From Cyanophora paradoxa CCMP329 (taxonomy: Eukaryota; Plantae; Glaucophyta), in contig QPMI01000658.1 of NCBI GenBank assembly GCA_004431415.1, forward strand, positions 62,001 through 126,000: DNA of 64,000 nt, read 5' to 3'. Both the position numbers and the translations under genes were made by a program. Of this stretch, positions 10,201 through 19,486 are shown one piece after another (within the stretch, counting starts at the first letter, position 1; the number at the start of each line of letters is the position of its first letter). The notes below the pieces were generated by a model. It saw only the letters and a program-made list of their open reading frames with translations, made no database searches and was not told where the DNA came from.

Positions 10201-11389
10201 TGTTATCGTTGTAGCAGTAAACGTGGTTATTGTGTACCATGAAATTCATGCATTGCGGATGCAGATCCTTATTAACGGGCATCTCTCCCTGTGGGTATCT
10301 GTACTTGAGCTTGTTATCCTCCGAATAAACACGGAATCCCAGCCTGCAACGATCCGCGAATTTTCGGAGCTGCCTCAGAGTGAGGGACATAGAGGCTCCC
10401 TCAGTATATTCCTTTCCGTGGAAAAATCGATACAGACCCTCGTAGGTCATCTCAATGTCCTTGTACTTCCTGTTTCTGTGACAAGCTTCCATTGAACGAG
10501 AGTACAATGAGATCAGCATATCGTAGACACAGGCATTCGATTTTCCGGAAGCAGGCTTGATGATTAATTCCTCGATCGATTTCGCCTCGGGATTGAGATC
10601 GTAATTAATGTACTGGCTCACAGCTGCGGTACATCGCATCGATTCTTCGAGTTCCTCATCGAGAAATTCTTCTTGAACGGCTTCCTGGGCTTCCTCCTCA
10701 GCCTGAGCCTCCACCAGAACGATTTCGTGAATTTCCGCAAAATAATCGTACCAATGCTGAATTTCGCTTGCAAGTCGATCAGCCCTAAATACGGTCTCAA
10801 CAACATACAGGAAATCAGCGACCATATAGTGTCTCTGGTTCAGCACGAACCTTGTAACGAAACCATCACGGGCAATTTGTCGCAGCATCCTTACCGGAAT
10901 TGTGATCGAAGCCCTTTTTAGGGGTCGGTACATGCGACCTTCAAAGCGGAGTGGCTGATCCCTCGCACGACCAGTGGGTTCAGCATTAATTTCGGCCCAG
11001 AGCTTGAAAGTGACCCGGACAACAGCATCGTCGGGAAACTGGGCAATCTGCCGGAAAAATTGATTCAGCTGCCTGTTCTCTCGGGGTCTCGGAGGTTCAG
11101 CCTCAATGGCCCCAATGCGACCGACCTCTCGATCAAATGCAGCCTGGCGAACCCCCAGCAGCGATTGCAGGGTATATCCCTTTGCAGGTCGCTCTGTATC
11201 GAAAATTGACTGAATGTTCTTGAGGTACAGCTCGAGCATGGTTTCGGGAACCTTGGAAGTTCCTGAGAATTTGCGCAATAATGCATCAGCGGTTCTCTTG
11301 GTGAGCAGGCTCCGCTGGATACCGAGGTTAATCAATTCGACCGCTTTCGCTTTCAAGGTTTTTCTTCTCTTGTAACTTGCGCGAGGCAT
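7249..11389 (-). CDS. polB: Fused replicase: N-terminal (terminal-protein/vOTU-like) region + family B DNA polymerase + SF1 helicase + HNH-like Zn nuclease, about 1380 aa, split into 3 ORFs by two 1-nt homopolymer frameshifts
   Basis: PolB motifs VDMCKCYP, KATLVEVIGLLGK, GIHTDCLY. SF1 motifs GMLPGAGKST, VVFDE, GDPHQ, YAGTCHSVQGLT, TALTR. C-terminal CSLC..VDRINNKEAH..N..CN. Adding one G near 9930 and one C near 8788 gives a single 4143-nt ORF. Confidence 0.88.
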
Positions 11390-11467
11390 TGTTTACTTTA
11401 TGCCAAGAAAATATTTTTGCCAGATAGGGTAAATTCCCCCTTTCGTTAATTAACCTATGTGGCTTTT

Positions 11468-11484
11468 CCTTAAGTCATTTTTTG
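11468..11484 (-). promoter_or_regulatory. 17-bp motif CAAAAAATGACTTAAGG upstream of polB
   Basis: Identical copy at 12031-12047 upstream of the AT-hook gene. Confidence 0.6.
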
Positions 11485-11581
11485 GTCCCCACGGGACAAA
11501 TCAAATTTTCTCCCCACGATACAAAACCGATTAATCGGTCCTGTACATAAAAAATATACATATCGGTCTGTCTCTCACGAT

Positions 11582-11977
11582 TCATTGCGATTCCTTGTTG
11601 TACTTGCGGGGTCTTCCGGTTTTCGAAGGGATTGCCGGCTCTGCTTTCTCAGGAGCTACTCCCGCTGCAATAGCGGCCAACTTCTCTGCATGCTTTCTGT
11701 GGTAGTATGCCAGCGATTGGGCCTTCTTTTTCTCTCTGAACTCCGCATCGATTTCGTATTTTTGCTGTTTCTGGACCGCCATTTTCTCGAGGTATTTATC
11801 CTTTGATCTCTCGTATCTTGCTCTGCGATCCGCCAGCTCTTTGGCTCTGAACTCGGGATCACTGTGGTACCGCTCGCGGTATTTCTGGTTTCTCGCTTCT
11901 TTCTGCTCTGGGGTCAATTGGTAGCGCTTCTTGGGCTTAACTTCAGCGGTCGCTGGGGCTTTCTCTGAATCCGACAT
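11582..11977 (-). CDS. Basic helical protein with C-terminal AT-hook (131 aa), probable DNA-binding protein
   Basis: K/R-rich repeats (KYRERYHSDPEFRAK / KYEIDAEFREK) and the AT-hook KTGRPRKY. Confidence 0.75.
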   Translation of the reverse strand: MSDSEKAPATAEVKPKKRYQLTPEQKEARNQKYRERYHSDPEFRAKELADRRARYERSKDKYLEKMAVQKQQKYEIDAEFREKKKAQSLAYYHRKHAEKLAAIAAGVAPEKAEPAIPSKTGRPRKYNKESQ

Positions 11978-12030
11978 TCTCTACTTAAGGGCTTAGAAAA
12001 TTATTTTCTCTAATTTAAGTAGCGGATTAT

Positions 12031-12047
12031 CCTTAAGTCATTTTTTG
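12031..12047 (-). promoter_or_regulatory. Second copy of the 17-bp motif
   Basis: Identical to 11468-11484. Confidence 0.6.
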
Positions 12048-12049
12048 TG

Positions 12050-12559
12050 ATGGATCGACCGGCAATCAAGACTGCTTTAGAGCGCTACTACAAGGTCCCT
12101 ATAGAGGATCTAGATTTATTTCAGTACTACCAGCTAAATGCACCGCAAAAAGGCATATTCTTTAAACTCTACTCAATGAAAAAGGCATTCAGCGAGGAAA
12201 TAACACTTTCACTACCTGGAAACTACCTAAAGAGGGATTGGGGAATTAGGGAGGAGGGGCTTAGGGTGGTTCACGTATTTTGCTTTGCTGATTGCCTGGT
12301 AATCTACAAGTTCTCGCCAGTTGTGAATTTAGTAAAATCAATCATCGTGAAAGACCAGGTTCGGTTTGTTGTTCCAAAGGAATTGACCAAGCGGATTCCC
12401 CTTCAAACTGAGACCGGACCTGCTCCAGATCTCCTTCAATCGACCTCCGCCTCACAGGCTCCAGAGAGTTCCTGCGAGAATTCGGTTCGCTGTTCACACC
12501 AACACTCACTTCAACATCACAGCAGCCCTGCTGGCAGTGACCCCGCAGATGAAACGTAA
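12050..12559 (+). CDS. Hypothetical protein (about 169 aa)
   Basis: ATG ORF filling an intergenic gap; no motif recognised. Confidence 0.55.
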   Translation: MDRPAIKTALERYYKVPIEDLDLFQYYQLNAPQKGIFFKLYSMKKAFSEEITLSLPGNYLKRDWGIREEGLRVVHVFCFADCLVIYKFSPVVNLVKSIIVKDQVRFVVPKELTKRIPLQTETGPAPDLLQSTSASQAPESSCENSVRCSHQHSLQHHSSPAGSDPADET

Positions 12560-12632
12560 ACATCTCTATTATTCCAGAGATGCAATCCATTTGCTAACGT
12601 ATGCATATAAATTATTTAGTCATGTAGAGTAA

Positions 12633-12791
12633 ATGAGACTGCTGCTGGCTCGTTTGTTCCCATACGAGCTGGTGGATCTCATCATACTTTTCACAGAGCC
12701 AACCTGCCCATTCTGCAAAGGTGTCCACATTAAAACTCGATCGAAATACGGACCGGTTAAATTATGCCTTGCTGACATTCACAGGCATTAG
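12633..12791 (+). CDS. Small 52-aa hypothetical protein with CPFC..LC..H
   Basis: MRLLLARLFPYELVDLIILFTEPTCPFCKG...; AT-rich upstream ending AGTAA-ATG like other core genes; stop overlaps the convergent gene. Below the ORF-track cut-off. Confidence 0.45.
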   Translation: MRLLLARLFPYELVDLIILFTEPTCPFCKGVHIKTRSKYGPVKLCLADIHRH

Positions 12792-13470
12792 CGAACAATT
12801 CGCTTTCCACCAAGCATCGATGCATAATTGGGTGGGGCTGTCGGAACGATGTGGGTGTACTGCGGGGCAACATTTTGCTGGCGAGTTGCAGCCTGTGTAT
12901 CTGTCTTATCCTCCTTTTTAATTTCTTCAACATCGACCTTTGATTTCAATCCGAGTTTCGAAATTTCCTTTTAACCAAATTTTTCATAGATTTTCGCTCC
13001 TCGTAGTTTTGAACCCACTTTTCGTAGTTTGCTACTTTCATTTCAAGGTTTCGTACTTTTTCCTCAAAATTCATAACAACCTCCGAAGGTACTGTGTGTT
13101 TTTGATAGGGACCTCGTTTCTTGAGTTCCGATTCAGCAACCTGGGGGACATCTTTGGTTTTCTGCTGGGTGGCAGTGACCTGGGCTTTGATGACCTTGTC
13201 TGTGTTTGCATCAGGGGTTCCACCGGCAATCTGGGATTTGGCTTCGGTCATATCTTCCACCTGTCGTTTACCACTGTCTGTGTTTCCTTTGTTGGAAACT
13301 GCGTCAGCAATAATGGCCTCTTCCTTGGCTACAACATCTGGGTTGGTATCGATAAGGTACTCGGGCATCTCATTGCCACCACCAGAGGTGAGACCGGATT
13401 CTTGCTGGGCTTGATTGGGATTGCCAGAGGCGAAAGCTTGAACGGGTTTGGGCTTTTTGCGATAAACCAT
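12788..13470 (-). CDS. Hypothetical coiled-coil protein, about 227 aa after a 1-nt frameshift correction; C-terminus contains PTAPPNY
   Basis: ORF 12946-13470 continues in the shifted frame (KLGLKSKVDVEE...IVPTAPPNYASMLGGKRIVR*) if one A is added to the A-run near 12970. Confidence 0.7.
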
Positions 13471-13472
13471 CT

Positions 13473-14330
13473 TTACCTTCGTTTAACTTTTAGCAACATT
13501 TTCTTTTTGTTTGGCGAAATTTGGGAAAGATTCGGAATACCTTCAAGCTCTTGTTCAAATTTCGACAAAGTTTTGCAAATTGTTTTTGAATCCTTGCAAG
13601 TTGGTTCTTTTTGGGCTTCACCCTCTTTTGCCTTGCGTTTCTTTTCCTCATACAATTGCACCCCCTTGTGGAACCTCGGGAAATTGAAGTCCCTCACCAG
13701 TGTTGCTTTATCTACATACATGGATGTATCATACCCAGCGGAAGAAACCACAAGGTACTGATAAGAATGCACATACTCCTTGAAAAGCTTGAAGAAATCA
13801 TCTTTGGGACCTGTGTTATATTCTTCCTCGATTGCGAGCAGCTCTAAGCGATTGCTGGCATTGAGAATGCAAGTGTACTCAGTGTTCACTCGAATTGTAC
13901 TGGAAAGCTTTCGCATTTTTTGGGTAATAACCATGATGCTTATATGGGAATGGCGACCCCTCGTGTACAGGGATGCAATCATTTTATCTTTATGGAGATC
14001 CACATGCTCATTGTCGATTAAATCATCCAAAACAATTAATAACTCATTCACTTTTCCGCCTGCAGCAATCTTTTGCTGCCTTGCATCCAGCAGCTTGCCT
14101 ATGAAAACGGGATCCCAGCCATCGAGTACCATTGGGGTGACTGGATTCCAGAAATTATTGAACTTTGTACCAGTCACCACAATTACGGCATCGATCTTTT
14201 TTGCATCGTGAAGCTGTTTAATCCAGTACAGACAAGCTTCTGATTTACCAGTGTTGGAGCGCCCAATGAAGATTGCCCTGAAAGGGGGTTCTATCATGGA
14301 GAAGGCATCAAACTCTTCTAGTTCGGACAT
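13473..14330 (-). CDS. A32/FtsK-like DNA packaging ATPase
   Basis: Walker A GRSNTGKS, Walker B LIVLDD, TRGRH, TQ..LSSTIRVN. Confidence 0.93.
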   Translation of the reverse strand: MSELEEFDAFSMIEPPFRAIFIGRSNTGKSEACLYWIKQLHDAKKIDAVIVVTGTKFNNFWNPVTPMVLDGWDPVFIGKLLDARQQKIAAGGKVNELLIVLDDLIDNEHVDLHKDKMIASLYTRGRHSHISIMVITQKMRKLSSTIRVNTEYTCILNASNRLELLAIEEEYNTGPKDDFFKLFKEYVHSYQYLVVSSAGYDTSMYVDKATLVRDFNFPRFHKGVQLYEEKKRKAKEGEAQKEPTCKDSKTICKTLSKFEQELEGIPNLSQISPNKKKMLLKVKRR

Positions 14331-14380
14331 GTTTTCACTATAAAAACGAGAGAAAAATAAGACTGACTCTGGTCATCAGT

Positions 14381-15706
14381 TTAAGCACTGACGCGACGAA
14401 TACCATCGGCTCCAACAATGAGGATATTGTGAGCGAGAGCCATGCATTGGAGGTACATTTTTTGATAGCTTCCGCCTGCGTACCATTCGGTGTTACCAGG
14501 ATCACCTGCGGCAGTAATTGCATTGAATCCAAACACAATATCAAAGGCTGATGTTCCTGTGGCATCAACATAGCCTGTTTGCTCCTGGTTAAGGAGGGCA
14601 GCTTTGCCATTGCCAGCACCGAAGAAGATACCTGAAAGAGCAGGAAAAGCCAAGTCATCAGCAGAGAGAGCAGCGCCATATTTATCTTGGAGTTCCGATG
14701 AAGCGACCAAAAGAGGTAGTTCAGTGTTGGAGTAGAGGCGATTGTTGTTCAGCTCAACATAGAAATTGACAGCATTGGTACGAAGCGCAGTTGGACGAAG
14801 GACTGATGCAGATCCATTATTAGTTCGCACTTTAGCGAGTTGTCGAACTGAGAATGCAAGAGTGTGGATTAAACCAGCGCCTGTAAGCTGAGAAAGGTTG
14901 ACACGAGCGCCAGAGGCAGTAGGGGTGAAATCAGTGTGAAGGAAGCCAATCTCATTATAGGGGATGGCAATGCCAGTGGATTTGACTCTGGCAATTGTTT
15001 CAGATACAACCGCTTCATCAGCATTGACAACCTTGCAGACAAGTCTGGGCTTGAGGACTTTGAGAGAGCTTCCAGCAATTGCAATGTCTGTTTTGCCATC
15101 TGTGTCTTCAATAATACCATCAGTTACATTCTTGAACTCAATTTCAACAACTATCTCAGAGTTCATAGCGCAAAGTGGGAACATAGCCTTCTCAAAGGGT
15201 GAAGGCAGATCGATCTCATAGGTTCCACCGTTTGTATTGCCATGATAGTTAGTTCCTACTACTCCACCAACATAACGAAGGCGTCTGTCTAAATCACCGG
15301 TCTCGGTTGTGAGAAGGAAATATTGGGTGACGAAATCCTCTGGGACAACATAGCGGAAAGCACCATGGGAAATCTCCATGCGCTTGATGAGCGAACCGAT
15401 TACACGGAGGTAACCAGTAGAGGCAGCAGCATTGCCTCCTGAAAGGTTGCTTTCACCGAACACCATTGGGTTCAGATCGAGTTGAAGGGCTATGCCATTG
15501 AGGAAATGGTAGCGAGGGATCTTGAAAACGACTCGGTTGCCAAGGGCATTGGAAGGCTCGGTATCTGGAGCAACCTGGACTCGAAGGGGCTTGGTTCCTG
15601 AAGAGGTACCGATGACAAGGGATTTGTTTAGGAAGAAATCCTTGTAATCATCGGTTGTAAGCATAGACTTGAGGGTTGGGCGCTGGAATTGCGAATTTGT
15701 TTCCAT
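14381..15706 (-). CDS. Major capsid protein, double jelly-roll, nucleocytovirus-like (441 aa)
   Basis: LGNRVVFKIPR..FLNGIALQLDL, SLIKRMEISHG, YEIDLPSPF..MFPLCAM..EIVVEIEF and terminal MALAHNILIV.ADG resemble NCLDV MCP signatures. Lies between the ATPase and the pentons. Confidence 0.85.
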   Translation of the reverse strand: METNSQFQRPTLKSMLTTDDYKDFFLNKSLVIGTSSGTKPLRVQVAPDTEPSNALGNRVVFKIPRYHFLNGIALQLDLNPMVFGESNLSGGNAAASTGYLRVIGSLIKRMEISHGAFRYVVPEDFVTQYFLLTTETGDLDRRLRYVGGVVGTNYHGNTNGGTYEIDLPSPFEKAMFPLCAMNSEIVVEIEFKNVTDGIIEDTDGKTDIAIAGSSLKVLKPRLVCKVVNADEAVVSETIARVKSTGIAIPYNEIGFLHTDFTPTASGARVNLSQLTGAGLIHTLAFSVRQLAKVRTNNGSASVLRPTALRTNAVNFYVELNNNRLYSNTELPLLVASSELQDKYGAALSADDLAFPALSGIFFGAGNGKAALLNQEQTGYVDATGTSAFDIVFGFNAITAAGDPGNTEWYAGGSYQKMYLQCMALAHNILIVGADGIRRVSA

Positions 15707-15761
15707 GGTGGAAGTGAGCGGGTTAGTCTCTACTTTTCGCAGTAGAAAATAATTTAGCGAA

Positions 15762-16675
15762 TCAATAGAAATTCATTTGCGGAGGGGCATCGTAGGTTTC
15801 GATTTCGAAGGTGAAATAATGCTGCCAGGCTCCAAAATCGAGAAGCTTCCCATCGTGATCAATAAGTTTGATTGTCAAGCGATCAAACGACTTTAATTCT
15901 CTAAATTCTCGGACAAGGGGACAGTAACTGATGTATCGAAATGGTAAATTGATCCATGCTCAAGCTCTTGAGGGATCGGGATTCTCATGAAGTAGCCATC
16001 CACATATTTATTAACTGACCGGATAAATGGAGCAAATTCATCGATGTAGAGCCAGAGCATGGATTCTGGTGTTTCATCTCCACTGGTGAAGCCTCGAATG
16101 CGTCTATTCAGTGTGATGCCACCAGAGACTAAGAATGTATCCGAGGCAGGAGGAGTAAACAGTTCACCGGAATAGGCAATGATCGATTTAAAACCAAAGA
16201 ACTGGAGTTTTCGATTTACAGTGGACCTGAATCGGGATTGCTTGAGAGAATCAGCTGAAGCAAGTGTGAATCGGAACCAGAAATTAGCATTACTGAAAAA
16301 TTCATAGCATTTTACAGTATGATTGTACCGGCATTTTATATAGATGCCTCCAAAACTTGAGACACGAGCGGCCTCGAGTAGTTCTGTTATCTTCTCCGCC
16401 ACAGAATCTTTTGTGTAGTGGGCTTTGGGAATTGTTATGGTAATAAAGCCTGAATCAGCGGATGTGACCGAAAAATAGATGTCCATTCGATTCACATCTG
16501 CTCCAGTTTTATCAATATCTTTGGACACATTGGAAATGACATTGGGAACTGTTGCCTGAACGAGCCGAACCGATTTTACATTATCGTAACGCCTGGGTAA
16601 GGTAATTACATAGCTGTTCGGTTCTGTGTAATCGGGGTCTCGCTCATCGCTAGAGAAGCTTAGATATTCTTTCAT
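15762..16675 (-). CDS. Minor capsid protein/penton 1 (DUF5901-like); 1-nt frameshift near 15918
   Basis: True start MKEYLSFSSDERD..PNSYVITLPRRYDNVKSVRLVQATVPN. The conserved C-terminus FDRLTIKLIDHDGKLLDFG..HYFTFEIET lies in the shifted frame after a C4 run. Confidence 0.85.
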
Positions 16676-16691
16676 CTTACTATTATAAAGT

Positions 16692-17540
16692 ATGAAAAGA
16701 ATCACGATAAATTGCGACAGCAGGGATCTCGAAGATGGGGTTCTGCATCTCAAAAATCGCATCAGCAATATAAGGAAATTCCGAATCCTCTCAGCGGAAA
16801 TCCCCAACAGCTGCTATGTTGTTCCACCGGACCAGAAACTCACAATCACTGCCCTTGGCAGCGATCAACCCCTGAGCATTCCAGCCTTTCATTTTCTGGA
16901 TCCTGTCCCAAGTATCAACGATTATTATACTCTTAATTCTGAAGGGAGAAGGATTCCACTAGATATTTCGTTGGGAACAGATTCTATTCTGGGATTTAAT
17001 GGGGGCAGCTTTAACCCATTAGGAATTCAGGCATATAAAGTTCTCTTAGATGTAGGGATGAGTCGTCTTGTATTCACATCGCCCAGCAATCAATTCACAA
17101 TTCAAAGCTCAGATCGGGAACTCTGTGACTGTATTGGCATTGAACCAGATACTATCTACCAAAGCACAACCGAAGCAAGACCAATACATGTACCAGGGAT
17201 TGAAGACCGCTACCAACTGGTTTGCCCCAAAATGATCGACTTCAATGCACTGGCTTACATTTACTTAGATGTAGAGGAGCTTAGACCATTTATGAAATTT
17301 AATGCAGCAACTAGCAGGCAAAACCCTGCGGATGATTCCTATTTATTAAGGATCCAAATGAATTCCGATTTTGGTAAATATTCGTTTTACAGTGAGCCTA
17401 GCTCGAGTGTTCCCTTTGTGAATGTCACAACCCCTTTGGACCTAGATAAGCTCACAATCTCGCTCAGAAAATGGAGAGGGGACATTGCGGATCTAAATGG
17501 ACTCTCTTACTCATTCCAGCTGGAGCTGCTCATTGATTAG
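16692..17540 (+). CDS. Minor capsid protein/penton 2 (282 aa)
   Basis: ITINCDSRD..L..RISNIRKFRILSAEIPNS, YIYLDVEEL, LDKLTISLRKWRGDIADLNGLSYSFQLEL. Confidence 0.85.
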   Translation: MKRITINCDSRDLEDGVLHLKNRISNIRKFRILSAEIPNSCYVVPPDQKLTITALGSDQPLSIPAFHFLDPVPSINDYYTLNSEGRRIPLDISLGTDSILGFNGGSFNPLGIQAYKVLLDVGMSRLVFTSPSNQFTIQSSDRELCDCIGIEPDTIYQSTTEARPIHVPGIEDRYQLVCPKMIDFNALAYIYLDVEELRPFMKFNAATSRQNPADDSYLLRIQMNSDFGKYSFYSEPSSSVPFVNVTTPLDLDKLTISLRKWRGDIADLNGLSYSFQLELLID

Positions 17541-19012
17541 GCATAATAGCCCTCGAAATCAATTCTGCATGCAGAGGCTCCCTCTGTACTGAGGGGCCAA
17601 ACAAGCAGGGTTCGAATGGCCTTGGGATTCGCGAGAACATGCTCGTTTTCACCAGCAGTATTTGTAAACACTCTCGTTGAGCCACCTTCAGTGTAGGGAG
17701 ATAAAGATGATACACCAGGAGTGGCTTGATAATCGATCTCAAACGTTTTAATATAGTTGCCATTGGCAGCAGGTTTCATTTTTATAGAGGAAAGCAAGAA
17801 TAATCGAGGGAAATCGATTCGAAGGAAATTCCCTCCCGATCTTGTTCCCTGTGGGGGATTTGGGAATCCCACCCAGCCAGTAGCATTGGACCAACGAGCA
17901 TTGGAAGCAGTTCCAAAATCAGCGGAAAAAGCACTGTTCTCCAAAGGAACCCAATTGGACTCCGGAGGGGCTGCCAGATCGGTACAGCCACTGAGATTCT
18001 GAATGGGAACGTCCCCTTCTGTCATGTTCATGGTCAGAATGGAATACATAGCATTGAAGTAAGTCTGCTGGGCCGAAACAAAGCCGAGAGCTTCATTTTC
18101 GAGGAATTGAAGGTGGCTCGTGGTAATATTATCGAGGACCATCTTGCTTTGGGGCAGAGGAACACTCAGCTTATAATAGCGATCGTAGTTCTGATCATCG
18201 TTTCTGGGTAATAATTCGAGCAGCTTTTCGTGGGCATTCAGATCGCTCGATTCCAGCAGCATGCTCAAAATGGGAGATCCACTCGCACCTAGGATCCACT
18301 GAACAACCCCCCAGGTCTTCATAGTATCATAGGAATAACCGGCAGAGGCTTTGTCCAAGTCCTGAATGTGACCAGCAGTCACAGAGACAACTATGAATTC
18401 CTCCTCACACGAATTCCCATACAGTTTCCTTGCAAATGTGTAGCCACAGACACCGGGAGAATTATTTCCGCTCATGCAGCCATCGATTAAACAGTATGTT
18501 CTCCCAGCGACTGTGACCTGTTTGGGTTCGAAATAGGTTGGGGCAGCCGAAGTAGCCCTTGCAGCATCTCGAACCAGCATTCCATTGATCCCCTCATCGT
18601 TGCTGGTAATAAATACGGGAGACATCAGAACTGTATCAAATGCAGTCACCACAGTCGGTTTGTATAAATCAGCCATTGTTGCGGATCCGCAAAGTTCCAG
18701 GGCAACAGCCTCCAGATTGGTGGCTTCGTATTTGGGTCGCTGCACAATCGATGAGAGAACTCTGGGGTTTGCGAATATCTGCGGAAGCTTCGATTTATAG
18801 AGAGCCAGAATATCGGTGGCAGTGTATTTCGGACTGCCATCAGGGGCTTTGATATTCAATAGGAGCGCAATTAATCCACCTGTGGATGTTCCCGCAAAAA
18901 CATCGAACAGCTGCTGGATTCGTTTTCCTGTTTGAGCTTCAATCTGGGCCAGTATGGCAGCCTCAATAATTCCTCGAGAACCCCCACCACTCAATGCCAG
19001 GATGCTTTTCAT
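17537..19012 (-). CDS. Patatin-like phospholipase with C-terminal F5/8-type C (discoidin-like) domain
   Basis: LSGGGSRG oxyanion motif, GTSTG nucleophile, ATSAAPTYF, IDG. C-terminal FLRIDF..LSSIK..YIKTFEIDY..CRIDFEG. Confidence 0.93.
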   Translation of the reverse strand: MKSILALSGGGSRGIIEAAILAQIEAQTGKRIQQLFDVFAGTSTGGLIALLLNIKAPDGSPKYTATDILALYKSKLPQIFANPRVLSSIVQRPKYEATNLEAVALELCGSATMADLYKPTVVTAFDTVLMSPVFITSNDEGINGMLVRDAARATSAAPTYFEPKQVTVAGRTYCLIDGCMSGNNSPGVCGYTFARKLYGNSCEEEFIVVSVTAGHIQDLDKASAGYSYDTMKTWGVVQWILGASGSPILSMLLESSDLNAHEKLLELLPRNDDQNYDRYYKLSVPLPQSKMVLDNITTSHLQFLENEALGFVSAQQTYFNAMYSILTMNMTEGDVPIQNLSGCTDLAAPPESNWVPLENSAFSADFGTASNARWSNATGWVGFPNPPQGTRSGGNFLRIDFPRLFLLSSIKMKPAANGNYIKTFEIDYQATPGVSSLSPYTEGGSTRVFTNTAGENEHVLANPKAIRTLLVWPLSTEGASACRIDFEGYYA

Positions 19013-19052
19013 TTACCATACATTACAAAAATTTTCCCTGGTCATTATAATA

Positions 19053-19469
19053 ATGGATCTGAATTGCTTGAAATATCAAGGCTACCACGTTTTTCTGGAT
19101 TATATCACCGACCCAGTCACAGAGACCCCAGAGGAGTTTGCTGAATGGGTCACCCTTGCATTGGATCTTGCCATTAAGACGAATGGGATTCGTATAGTCC
19201 ATCAGAAATCCTGTGTTTTCGATGGGTCGGTCAGCCCCCCAGGATTTGCGATTGGGTTCCTGCTGGACGAATCGCATGTCACCGCTCACTCATACAGTGA
19301 TCGGGGTCTGCTGGCTCTGGACATATTTACCTGTGGAAAGGACGCCCAGCTGAAAACAATGGGAATAGCTCACGATATTGATGCCATTCTCAAAGAAAAA
19401 TTAAACGTTCAAAAGTGGGATATGCAAGTAATGCAAAGATTCCCCTACAAAGCTCCTTACAATAAATAA
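19053..19469 (+). CDS. speD: S-adenosylmethionine decarboxylase proenzyme (prokaryotic SpeD/SpeH type), 138 aa
   Basis: G.HVFLD, PPGF..FLLDESHVTAHSY...LALDIFTCG with the E|S self-cleavage site. Likely start is the ATG at 19053. Confidence 0.9.
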   Translation: MDLNCLKYQGYHVFLDYITDPVTETPEEFAEWVTLALDLAIKTNGIRIVHQKSCVFDGSVSPPGFAIGFLLDESHVTAHSYSDRGLLALDIFTCGKDAQLKTMGIAHDIDAILKEKLNVQKWDMQVMQRFPYKAPYNK

Positions 19470-19486
19470 ACATAATATTATTAGAT

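Noticed and set aside
12940-13761. 273-aa hydrophobic plus-strand ORF
   Set aside because: Antisense to the ATPase and its neighbour, with a non-ATG start; the composition mirrors the A-rich sense strand.
16676-16807. N-terminal extension of penton 1, and likewise 18954-19052 of AdoMetDC
   Set aside because: Both overlap the divergent gene, and homology begins at the downstream ATG.
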